NCBI GenBank assembly: GCA_963797675.1
Contig: CAWCQQ010000008.1
Span: 6,425-70,424, forward strand
Direction of reading: 5' to 3'
Source of the DNA: an uncultured Actinomycetota bacterium
Lineage (GTDB): Bacteria; Actinomycetota; Actinomycetes; Mycobacteriales; Micromonosporaceae
DNA length: 64,000 nt
Each line of letters starts with the position of its first letter. The first letter of the stretch is position 1. Position numbers and translations under genes: made by a program. This document shows, one piece after another, positions 9,917 through 18,422 of this stretch. The notes below the pieces were generated by a model. It made no database searches, was not told the DNA's origin, and saw nothing but the letters and a program-made list of their open reading frames with translations.

Positions 9917-10221
9917 CGGCGAGCGAGGCGAGACGGGTGCAAGTCCGGACGGCGTTCCGGCCGGGACCGGAGTCGGTGTATCGGATCGGGTTCGCGGCGC
10001 ACACCATGTTCGTCACCGGCAACGCTGCGGCGTTCACCGCCGAGGCGAACGAGCTGCGGACGATGACACTCGAGGCAGGTCGCGAGATCAAGGAGCGCGA
10101 CGGGAGGTACCACTTCTGTGTAGAACTGGGTAACCACTCGGTCACTCCGTGGTTCCGGCGGAAGCGCCGCTACCCGACTGAGGTGCACATTCAATACTGC
10201 CCTCGGTGGAAAGCGTTCTAG
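9913..10221 (+). CDS. Hypothetical protein
   Basis: GTG at 9913 overlaps the upstream stop (GTGA), which suggests translational coupling. No family recognised. Confidence 0.4.
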   Translation: MTASEARRVQVRTAFRPGPESVYRIGFAAHTMFVTGNAAAFTAEANELRTMTLEAGREIKERDGRYHFCVELGNHSVTPWFRRKRRYPTEVHIQYCPRWKAF

Positions 10222-10306
10222 TCTGACCGTTCGGTCGGCTACCGCCAGTCGCGGTCATCGATACTCTCGGCCCTGGCATGTCCAGTGGCGACCGTGGGGG
10301 CCGCAG

Positions 10307-11275
10307 GTGGTGGGGGTCTTTTCCGCAAGCGATGTCGTTCATCCGTTTGACGAAGCGGCGAAACGGCACCTTGAATCGATGAACGGCCTGCAGACGGCGG
10401 TCCAGTCGTATCACAAGGCCTATACCGAGCGGCTGCAGTTCAACGCGAGCCTGGCCGAGTCGCTCCGGCTCGGTCCTCGGCAGGTGCCGGAGATCTACCG
10501 GCTACTGCCTCCGATCTGCGAAGCCTTCGGCATTCCGGAGCCCGAGCTGTACCTGGCACACGGGCCGATCAACGCGTTCACGACCGGACACACCCGCACA
10601 GCCATCACAATCTACAGTGGACTCGTCGAGGATCTGCGGCCGGACGAGATCGAGGCGGTCCTCGCGCATGAGTGCGGCCACATCCTCTGCCAGCACATGC
10701 TCTACCACTCGATGGCCGCGTTCCTGACCCAGGCGGCGTCGGTCGGCAGCACCGCTGCCATCCCGGTCCTGTCGACGTTGCTGCAGGTCGCGTCGGTGCC
10801 AATCCGGGTCGCGATCGGGGCGTGGGCGCGCAAGAGCGAGTTGTCCGCCGATCGTGCAGCGGCGGCGTACATGGGGAATACCGACGTGATCACGCGGCTG
10901 ATGCTGCGCTTCGCCGGCATCTCCGCACGATCGAAACTGACCTACGACATCGACCTGTTCGCCTCGCAGGCCCTGGAGTTCGAGGCGTTGCGCGAATCCA
11001 AGTGGGACCGCTTCCTGCAGTGGCAGGTCGGGCAGGCGTCGACACATCCGCTGCTGGCCGTCCGGGTGCGCGAGATCCAGTCCTGGTCGTCGACCGCGAT
11101 GTTCGAGCGGCTGGCCGCGCTGGCCGAGCCGATCCGGACGGCGCCTCGATGCTCCTGGTGCGGCCAACGGATGGATCCGGCTTGGCAGCACTGTGCCGAA
11201 TGCGGCGCCGCCCGCAGCCAGGGTCAGCCCGCTCTGCCCGCGCCCCGCGCCGAACACTCCGAGATGGTGGACTGA
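10307..11275 (+). CDS. M48-family zinc metallopeptidase with C-terminal zinc ribbon
   Basis: It has the HEXXH motif (LAHECGHILCQH) and a downstream SELSADR element. The C-terminus has CSWCG...CAECG. Confidence 0.85.
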   Translation: MVGVFSASDVVHPFDEAAKRHLESMNGLQTAVQSYHKAYTERLQFNASLAESLRLGPRQVPEIYRLLPPICEAFGIPEPELYLAHGPINAFTTGHTRTAITIYSGLVEDLRPDEIEAVLAHECGHILCQHMLYHSMAAFLTQAASVGSTAAIPVLSTLLQVASVPIRVAIGAWARKSELSADRAAAAYMGNTDVITRLMLRFAGISARSKLTYDIDLFASQALEFEALRESKWDRFLQWQVGQASTHPLLAVRVREIQSWSSTAMFERLAALAEPIRTAPRCSWCGQRMDPAWQHCAECGAARSQGQPALPAPRAEHSEMVD

Positions 11276-11277
11276 CG

Positions 11278-11820
11278 ATGGCCCGCATGCGTATGCCGAC
11301 CGATCCATTCAAGACTCAGAAGCGGTTCTGGACGGTCGTCGAAGATCTGAGCCCGGTCGCCGACGCCGTGCAGAGCCACTTTTCGGCGAAGGGCTTCCAG
11401 GTCGCATCGGTGCGTACGGCGACCGGCGCGTGGGACATCGACGTGACCAAGAGCGGCACGTTCCGCACCGTGTCCGGTCTGAACACCTCGTTGAAGATCC
11501 GGATCGAATCGCTGGACGATTCGGTGATGGCCCGCGCCGGCATCGGCATCCTCGGTGCACAGGTGCTGCCGACCGCGATCGCGTTGCTGGTGTTCTGGCC
11601 GGTCGTGGTCACGCAGGTCTGGGGCGTGGTCCGCGCGGCAAAGCTCGACGACGAGGCACTCATGGTGATCGAAACGGCGCTGTCCACGGGCTCCTCGGGC
11701 GCCGTCCCGGGCGCGTACGGGACGCCGGCCGCGCCGACGGCGACGTTCTGCCCGTCCTGCGGTGCGGCCCGCGCGGGGACGGCGAAGTTCTGCGTATCCT
11801 GCGGCGGCGCGATGGAGTGA
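11278..11820 (+). CDS. Membrane protein with C-terminal double-CxxC zinc ribbon
   Basis: ATG at 11278 lies 3 nt after the M48 stop, inside ORF 10672..11820. It has a soluble N-domain, a hydrophobic span (VLPTAIALLVFWPVVVTQVWGVV) and FCPSCG...FCVSCG. Confidence 0.6.
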   Translation: MARMRMPTDPFKTQKRFWTVVEDLSPVADAVQSHFSAKGFQVASVRTATGAWDIDVTKSGTFRTVSGLNTSLKIRIESLDDSVMARAGIGILGAQVLPTAIALLVFWPVVVTQVWGVVRAAKLDDEALMVIETALSTGSSGAVPGAYGTPAAPTATFCPSCGAARAGTAKFCVSCGGAME

Positions 11821-11845
11821 CATCGGCTGTCTCTAGAGTGATCCA

Positions 11846-13717
11846 GTGGGGATATCCGGTTGGTTGGTCGTGCTGGTCGCGGTTGCGACGGCGGCCGGTG
11901 CGCTCGCCCGCCGGTACGGCATCTCCGAGCCACTCGTCCTGACCATAGTCGGGCTGGCCGGATCGTTCCTCCCGTTCGTACCGACCCTGCATCTCACGCC
12001 GGACGTCGTCCTCGCCGGCCTGCTCCCGCCGCTGCTCTACACGGCCGCGATCCGGACGTCGCTGGTCGACTTCAAGGCGAACAAGCGACCGATCATGCTG
12101 CTCTCCGTCGGTCTCGTGGTGTTCACCACGTTCGGGGTCGCGCTGGTCGTCTGGTGGCTGCTGCCGGTCCCGTTCGCGGCAGCGGTTGCGCTCGGCGCCG
12201 TTGTCGCGCCGCCGGACGCCGTTGCCGCGACCGCGATCGCGCGCCGGACCGGGCTGCCCCGGCGGGTCGTGACGATCCTTGAGGGGGAGTCGCTGTTCAA
12301 CGACGCGGCCGCGCTGGTCACGTTGCGTACCGCGATCTTCGCGATTGCCGGTGCGGTCAGCGTGTGGCACATCGGCCGGGACTTTCTGGTCAGCGTCGTC
12401 GGCGGTATCGCGGTCGGTGTGGCGGTGGCGTACCTGCTCGGCGCGATCCGGCGCCAGGTCGTCAATCCGGTCACGGACACCACCATCTCGTTTCTCGCGC
12501 CGTTCGTCGCCTACCTCCCGGCCGAGCGCATCGATGGTTCCGGCGTGCTGGCCGTGGTCACCGCCGGTTTGATCCTCGGCCAGAACGCGCCCCGCTGGCA
12601 GAGCGCCTCGTCGCGGATCGCCGAGCGCACGAACTGGCGTACCGTCCAGTTCGTCCTGGAAAACGCGGTGTTCGTGCTGATCGGATTGCAGGTCCGAGCG
12701 ATCGTGGAATCGGCATGGCGCACAAACCTCGGACACGGCCGCCTGCTCGGAGTCTGCGGTGCGGTGCTGCTCGCCGTGGTGGTCCTCCGGCCGCTCTGGG
12801 TGTTCCCGGCCACCTACCTGCCACGGCTGATCCCGTCGGTCGCTCGCGCCGATCCGTCGCCGTCGTGGAAGGTGCCGGCGGTCATCTCGTGGGCCGGCAT
12901 GCGAGGTGTGGTCACGCTGGCGGCCGTGTTCGTGATCCCGGCGAGCGTGCCGTACCAGCCGGTTCTGGTGCTGTTGTCGTTGGTGGTCGTCGCTGGGACG
13001 CTGCTCGTCCAGGGCACGACGCTGCCCGCGCTGGTCCGGGCGCTCGCGATGCGCGGCCCGAGCCGGGCCGAAGATGCGCTGCAGGTCGCGAACCTGCTCC
13101 AGCAGGTGACATCGGCCGGTGAACGCACGCTCGACGAGGTCACCGACGAGAACACCGACAAGGCCACGATCAAACAATTGCGGGTACGGGCGGAAGCGCG
13201 TACGAACGCGGCGTGGGAGCGGCTGGGCCCGGGGGAGGCCGAACGGAGTACGCCGAGCGAGACCTACCGCAAGCTACGGCTGATCATGCTCGGCGCGGAG
13301 CGGGCCGAACTGCTCCGGGTCCGTGACTCCGGTGTCATGGATCATGAAGTGATGCAGGTCGTGATGCAGATGATCGACCTGGAAGAGTCGATGATCGATC
13401 GGCTCGAACTCGCGGAGGACGAGCTGCGCGAGGAGGAGCTGAACCTCGTGCCCGGATCGGCCGAGTGCGTCCATCTGCACAAGGCACCGCGCGCGCTCCG
13501 CCCGGACACGCCGGGTGTCTGTGAGCGCTGCGTCGAGGGCGGCTCGACGTGGGTGCACCTGCGGATGTGTTTGACCTGTGGGCACATTGCGTGTTGCGAT
13601 TCGAGCCCGCAGCGGCATGCGACCGCGCACTTCCAGGCGGAGCAGCATCCGGTGATGCGCAGCGTCGAACCGGGCGAGGCGTGGCGTTGGTGCTACGTCG
13701 ACGAACTTCTCGGCTGA
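11846..13717 (+). CDS. Na+/H+ antiporter (CPA1/NhaP type) fused to a C-terminal UBP-type zinc finger
   Basis: 623 aa. It has ~12 TM spans with ESL(F)NDA and WAGMRG(V)V motifs. The C-terminus reads CERC..W.HLRMCLTCGHIACCDSS..HA..H, a zf-UBP pattern. Confidence 0.9.
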   Translation: MGISGWLVVLVAVATAAGALARRYGISEPLVLTIVGLAGSFLPFVPTLHLTPDVVLAGLLPPLLYTAAIRTSLVDFKANKRPIMLLSVGLVVFTTFGVALVVWWLLPVPFAAAVALGAVVAPPDAVAATAIARRTGLPRRVVTILEGESLFNDAAALVTLRTAIFAIAGAVSVWHIGRDFLVSVVGGIAVGVAVAYLLGAIRRQVVNPVTDTTISFLAPFVAYLPAERIDGSGVLAVVTAGLILGQNAPRWQSASSRIAERTNWRTVQFVLENAVFVLIGLQVRAIVESAWRTNLGHGRLLGVCGAVLLAVVVLRPLWVFPATYLPRLIPSVARADPSPSWKVPAVISWAGMRGVVTLAAVFVIPASVPYQPVLVLLSLVVVAGTLLVQGTTLPALVRALAMRGPSRAEDALQVANLLQQVTSAGERTLDEVTDENTDKATIKQLRVRAEARTNAAWERLGPGEAERSTPSETYRKLRLIMLGAERAELLRVRDSGVMDHEVMQVVMQMIDLEESMIDRLELAEDELREEELNLVPGSAECVHLHKAPRALRPDTPGVCERCVEGGSTWVHLRMCLTCGHIACCDSSPQRHATAHFQAEQHPVMRSVEPGEAWRWCYVDELLG

Positions 13718-13729
13718 CCGTTTAGCCGT

Positions 13730-15391
13730 TCAACTCAGTACGTCGACGTATGCACGGATGTTGTTGAGCAGCTGTGCCAGCTGCTTCGCGTGCTTGGCGC
13801 CGACCGGCCGCGGTACGCCGTCGCCGAACGTCACGTGGGTCGGCGTCGGGCTCTCGAAGCGTTTCCGCGGAAAGTCGACGTACCGGCAGGCCGAGGACGC
13901 GTAGTTGTCGCTCCAATAGACGCCGGTGTTCGTGAACAGCACGGACTGGTACGCCCCGACGTGCAGAAACGCGACCGTCTCCTCGTTCGTGGAGACGCCC
14001 GCATTCGTCCGGGCACGGCGCAGCGGTCCGGAATCGGCTGGCGTGAGCAGCAGATCGGGGACTGTGGAGACGCGGATCGCATCAGCGATCGCACTAGCGG
14101 TGACGAAGCGCGGAGCGCGTGGTGGTTCGGCGTCCGCCTGAGCGGTCGGGGACTGCGGCGTGTTCGCCCCATGGCTGGTGGCGCGCTCACCGGCTCTGGT
14201 CGCAAGATCCCGCGCGTATTGGGTCATCGGGGTAGGCCATGATGTGCTCACCGATAGGCCGGCATCGATTTGGAAGACTTCAGGGTCGGAGATCGATGCC
14301 TGGCCCACCGCTGGAATCTCCGCCGGTTCCGCATCGGGCGGCGAAGCAGGCACTGGCACCGGCTGCTGCGGCAGGACCGCGGCGGCGGCGGCGACGGTGA
14401 CCTCGATCGGCAGCTCGACGACCGTACCGCTGATCCGATCGTGTACGTAGACGTAGGCGAGGTGCCGACCGGGCGGCGGGTCGAGAGACACGTCGAAGTA
14501 GCCGTCGTCGGGTCGGACCGTAACCCACTCGGTCGGCGATCCGGCTCGCCAGTCGGCCGGCCCGTTCGGATCGGTACGGACGAACACGCGGCTGTTCGGT
14601 GGCCGGCTCCCGGCCGGGACGGTGTCGGCGAACCGAATGCCGGTCGAGGACAGCGTTAGCGGAGCCAGGACGGCGGCGACCGGACCGTTGCCGCGGGCGA
14701 TCGTCAGCTCGCCGGCACCCTCGGTGTGGAACTGCGGTTCGGCCTGCCCGTACCCGGACATCTTTCCGTAGACGTACTGGTAGAGCTCGTGGATCGAGAT
14801 TTCCGCGCCGATCGCCGCCGCGCCGGCGAGCCCCTGAGTGAGGTGCCGGGTGAAGAGGCTGGGTGCGTTGCGATCGACCGTGTCCGGTGTCAACTGGGTG
14901 GCGCGCGAGCTGGTCAGGACGAAGCGGCCGGTGCCGGCCAGCGGAGAGGAGATGTCGGCGTCCTTGAACGCGCCGCTGTGGCAGCAGTCGAGCACCACCA
15001 CGATGGTCTTCGCGGCCGAGTCGGACATCGCGTCGTTGAGCCATCGGGAGCCGAGAGCGGTCGCGTTCATCCGGGCGAGAACCGTATCGGCGGCGCACAG
15101 AAACAGCTGGTTGTTGGCGTTGCGTACGCCGTGGCCGCTGTAGTAGAAGACCAGGACGTCGTTGCGGGTGGCGTCGGCGAAGAAGCCCTCGATCTCCTCG
15201 CGCAGCTCCTGGATCGGACGTTCCGGCAGACGGCGTACGTCGTCGGGCTTGAATAGCCCGCGTCGCTCGTCGGTGATCGCCGCGAACATCAGCGGCACGT
15301 CGTTCGCCGGACCTTCGAGGTCGGCGAGGTGTGGCTCATGAGCAAACCGGGAGTTGCCGATCAGGATGGCCCGGTAGCGCCGATCGGTCAC
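13730..15391 (-). CDS. Caspase-like (peptidase C14) protein with long uncharacterised C-terminal extension
   Basis: The N-terminal ~240 aa carry YRAILIGN, the catalytic-His context FYYSGHG and the catalytic-Cys context VVLDCCHSGAF. Residues ~240-553 have no family I recognise. Confidence 0.85.
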   Translation of the reverse strand: MTDRRYRAILIGNSRFAHEPHLADLEGPANDVPLMFAAITDERRGLFKPDDVRRLPERPIQELREEIEGFFADATRNDVLVFYYSGHGVRNANNQLFLCAADTVLARMNATALGSRWLNDAMSDSAAKTIVVVLDCCHSGAFKDADISSPLAGTGRFVLTSSRATQLTPDTVDRNAPSLFTRHLTQGLAGAAAIGAEISIHELYQYVYGKMSGYGQAEPQFHTEGAGELTIARGNGPVAAVLAPLTLSSTGIRFADTVPAGSRPPNSRVFVRTDPNGPADWRAGSPTEWVTVRPDDGYFDVSLDPPPGRHLAYVYVHDRISGTVVELPIEVTVAAAAAVLPQQPVPVPASPPDAEPAEIPAVGQASISDPEVFQIDAGLSVSTSWPTPMTQYARDLATRAGERATSHGANTPQSPTAQADAEPPRAPRFVTASAIADAIRVSTVPDLLLTPADSGPLRRARTNAGVSTNEETVAFLHVGAYQSVLFTNTGVYWSDNYASSACRYVDFPRKRFESPTPTHVTFGDGVPRPVGAKHAKQLAQLLNNIRAYVDVLS

Positions 15392-15771
15392 GGGGAGGTG
15401 CTGCCGGGCCCGGCCAGCGCGGCCGCGAATTTCGCGAGCGTCTCGTCGCTGAGGCCGGTGCCGCGGAGGACCAGCTTCTCCTCTTTACCGTCGACCGTCC
15501 GGGTCAGCTCGATCACCCGGGTGGGGTCGCGTCGCAGCCAGCCGCCGAGGCACTGCAATGCGACCTTGATCGTGCCGGGCGTGATCAGGCTCAGGATCAG
15601 CGCCTCGGTGAACCCTTTCGCGTTCGGCACGACCGTACGCTCGAGACGAGCGGCTTCGGTCTCTTCCATCAACTCGTTCCACAGTTCGCGTTCGGCCTCG
15701 CTGACACGTTCGTCGTCCGGGTCGAATCGCTCGGAACTGGTGGCAAGCTGGAACTCGGATGCCGTGGTCAT
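15388..15771 (-). CDS. Small adaptor-like protein, possible effector-associated constant component (EACC1-like)
   Basis: 127 aa with an acidic N-terminal helix. The core then resembles remembered EACC1 proteins (LILSLITPGTIKVALQCLGGWLRRDP..IELTRTVDG..LVLRG.GLSDETLAKFAAAL). Its stop overlaps the caspase start by 4 nt. Confidence 0.45.
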   Translation of the reverse strand: MTTASEFQLATSSERFDPDDERVSEAERELWNELMEETEAARLERTVVPNAKGFTEALILSLITPGTIKVALQCLGGWLRRDPTRVIELTRTVDGKEEKLVLRGTGLSDETLAKFAAALAGPGSTSP

Positions 15772-15786
15772 GTGCAGATTGTGAAT

Positions 15787-15852
15787 GGCGTAGCGCCGCT
15801 ACGCCAGCCTCCAACCGAATGACGGACGCGGTGTCCCGTCGGACACCGCGTC
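15787..15852 (-). terminator. Two GC-rich hairpins between the vWA gene and the EACC1-like gene
   Basis: A 12-bp perfect stem GACGCGGTGTCC-cgtc-GGACACCGCGTC (15825-15852) begins 11 nt after the vWA stop. A 19-nt palindrome GGCGTAGCGcCGCTACGCC lies at 15787-15805. No U-tract. Confidence 0.5.
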
Positions 15853-15862
15853 GCCAACTACG

Positions 15863-18190
15863 TCACCGCTTCCAGAACGCTCGCTTCGACTCGCCTGCGC
15901 CGGCGCCCCCACCTGCGAATGCCTGCAGCGGCTCGAGCGTCCACTGTCCTGTGTCGAGGTCCGCGATCATCCGTACCAGAGTCTCGACGTCGGGCTCGGT
16001 CGCGCCGATCGATCGCAGGTCATCGACGAGGTCGACGAGTTCGCGCCGCAGGCCGTCCGGGTCCAGCTGGCCGCGTTCGACCCGATCGAGCAGGTCACCG
16101 GCGCGCTTTCGATAGGGCGTGAGGTCCAGCACCGCGGCTTCCTTGCGCTTCGGCTGGTCGTCGCCGCGGACTCGGATCGATCGCTGGGCCGCCGGCGGCA
16201 ACGAGAGGTTCACGGCGCCACCCGATCTCGCGGCCCTCATGCGCTTCGGCGCCGACATCGAAGTCGGCATGGGTGCGGCCGCCGGAGCCGCCATTGCCGC
16301 ACCGAAGCCGCCCACCATCGGCGGGCTCATCGGCGCCGCATCCGCCTGGAACATGTCCCAGCCGTGCGGTGCATCCACCGGCTGCGTGACCTTGCGCATG
16401 GTGCCGCCCTCGACCACCACTACGACGTCAACCGCGACGAACGCGGTGAACCGGGACAGCACCATACCGTCCAATGACGTGCGGACGATCTCGCGTTCGA
16501 TTGCCTCATCGCCGAACGCGACAACATAGCGGTCCTCGAGATCGCGGATGTGTGCACGCGCCCAGGCCGGCGCGAGAGCTGCGCTGCCGGTGCCGGACGC
16601 GGCGACCTCGGTCGCCCATGGCCGACCGGCCGCGTCGGTCGCGGTGACCCGGACGGTGCCGGTCGGATCGCCGGTAAACCGCCCGAGTACGACCAGCGGC
16701 GCGCCCTCGTGCAACGCGGGCAGGCGCGCCGGAGCGACCGTACCGGCGGTGATGCCGAGACCGGGGCCGGTGATCGTGATGCCGCTGAGCACCGGCGCGC
16801 TGATCCTCCGGTGGATGCGTTCCATCACCTCGTCGAGACGATCTTCGGACTCGACGACCTCGCAGCTTCCGCCGCCCGCGGCCGCGACCCGGCGCAGGAA
16901 CGCGTCGTTGACGGCGGTGTCAATCCCGACCGTGAAGATGCGGATGTTGGCCGCATCCGGTCCGATCGCGGCGAGGATCTGATCCTCGTTGCCGACCTGG
17001 CCGTCGGTGGCCAGGACGAGGACCCGGTCGCGGGTACGGTCGTCGCCGGCCAGAACCTGGACCGCTTGCTGCAGGGGTTCGAGCATTTCGGTGCCGCCCC
17101 GCGCATCGAGCGTGGCCAGGTATTCGACCGCCCGGAACCGCTGCCGATCGGTCGCCGCGACCAGACCGCCGTCCAGCGTGGAGGGAGTCTCCACGCGGTC
17201 GTCGAACGCGAGCACCGCGAACCGATCGCCGCTGCCCAGCGTATCGATCATGCGGGCCACGGCACGCCGGGCGGCGGTCATTTTCCAGCCTTGCATGCTG
17301 CCCGAACGATCCAGGACGAAGACGATGTCGCGGGGCCGGGTCGTACCGGCGGCTCGGGCCGGCGGCACGATCGTGAGCGCGAACGTGCCCTCGTGCGCGA
17401 CCAGTGACGTTCCGATGGTGTCGGTGCCGACATCGAACCGGATCACCAGGTCGCGATCGAGGCGCTGACCGGGCTGGAGCGTGACGACCGAACCGTCGAT
17501 GCGAGCCGGGAGGCTGGACCGGATGCCGGTTACCGGCAGCCCGGCTGCGTCGATGTCGACCCGTACGCCGAGCCGGACCGGGTTCGGAAAACCGGGCAGC
17601 AGCACCGGCGGCGTGATCCGGGATGCGTCCGGGACGGCATCAGTGTCGATCGCGGTACCGTCGCCGACCGGCGCGCCGGGCAGCGGGTTGCCCGGGATGT
17701 AGCGCGGCGCCACGACCAGCGGGAACCGCCACGTCGCCTCGCCGGAGTCCAGCGCCAGCGGCCCCGCCAGCATCAGCTCGACGGTCGCGCGGTCACCGGG
17801 AAGGAGGTTTCCGACCCGTACCGTAAAAATGTTCGGACGCTCTTCCTCGGCGATGGCCGCGCGCCGCCCCTCGGAGATCGCCTGGTCATAGTTGTGGCGG
17901 GCCTCCGCACGCTCCTGCAGCAGGCCTTCCACCACCCGGTCGCCGACCTCCATCCGGAACGCCGTCACCGCGGCGCGGTCCGGCAGCGGGAAGATGTACG
18001 TCGCCTCCAGCGGCTCGTCGTGCGGATTCGTGAACGTCTGGCGGACCCGCGAGGTGTGCAGCAGTCCGGTGATGTGCGCGTCGATGTCGACGGCCTCGAG
18101 TGGCAGGTTGCCACGTTCGGTGGTGAGGCAACCGAGACCGGCCTCGTCATCGACGGTAATGGTGTCGGACATCAGTGGCACGGAGTTCAT
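15863..18190 (-). CDS. VIT domain + von Willebrand factor type A domain protein
   Basis: 775 aa. The N-terminal VIT pattern reads VRQTFTNPHDEPLEATYIFPLPDRAAVTAFRMEVGDRVVEG. The vWA domain has a MIDAS motif (VFVLDRSGSM). The ATG is preceded by AGGAC. Confidence 0.9.
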   Translation of the reverse strand: MNSVPLMSDTITVDDEAGLGCLTTERGNLPLEAVDIDAHITGLLHTSRVRQTFTNPHDEPLEATYIFPLPDRAAVTAFRMEVGDRVVEGLLQERAEARHNYDQAISEGRRAAIAEEERPNIFTVRVGNLLPGDRATVELMLAGPLALDSGEATWRFPLVVAPRYIPGNPLPGAPVGDGTAIDTDAVPDASRITPPVLLPGFPNPVRLGVRVDIDAAGLPVTGIRSSLPARIDGSVVTLQPGQRLDRDLVIRFDVGTDTIGTSLVAHEGTFALTIVPPARAAGTTRPRDIVFVLDRSGSMQGWKMTAARRAVARMIDTLGSGDRFAVLAFDDRVETPSTLDGGLVAATDRQRFRAVEYLATLDARGGTEMLEPLQQAVQVLAGDDRTRDRVLVLATDGQVGNEDQILAAIGPDAANIRIFTVGIDTAVNDAFLRRVAAAGGGSCEVVESEDRLDEVMERIHRRISAPVLSGITITGPGLGITAGTVAPARLPALHEGAPLVVLGRFTGDPTGTVRVTATDAAGRPWATEVAASGTGSAALAPAWARAHIRDLEDRYVVAFGDEAIEREIVRTSLDGMVLSRFTAFVAVDVVVVVEGGTMRKVTQPVDAPHGWDMFQADAAPMSPPMVGGFGAAMAAPAAAPMPTSMSAPKRMRAARSGGAVNLSLPPAAQRSIRVRGDDQPKRKEAAVLDLTPYRKRAGDLLDRVERGQLDPDGLRRELVDLVDDLRSIGATEPDVETLVRMIADLDTGQWTLEPLQAFAGGGAGAGESKRAFWKR

Positions 18191-18199
18191 GACTGTCCT

Positions 18200-18422
18200 A
18201 ATGAGTTCTGGGAGTGAGCCATCCGGCAGACTCCTGGTGGGTAGGTAGCCGCCGGCAGATGAGCACTCGATTCTCCTGGACGTTGAGTCCTGACGAAAGA
18301 TCGTGCTGCTGCCGGTCGGTGGGGAGAGTTGATCGCTGATGGGATGTCGTGCCCGCCGGTTTGCTGCGTGAGCACTGCTTCATTAGGTCGCTGATGGTTC
18401 TCCCGCTGGCTGCTGTGTATCG
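18200..18422 (+). ncRNA. Candidate IS110 bridge-RNA-type non-coding region (left end)
   Basis: This ~220-nt non-coding stretch lies 5' of the transposase, where IS110-group elements encode their guide (bridge) RNA. An inverted pair CCTAATGA (18197-18204) / TCATTAGG (18380-18387) brackets it. I did not model the structure. Confidence 0.3.

Noticed and set aside
11660-13177. 505-aa minus-strand ORF
   Set aside because: It is antisense to the Na+/H+ antiporter. Its composition is extremely Arg/Asp/Gly-rich and it has no recognisable motifs.
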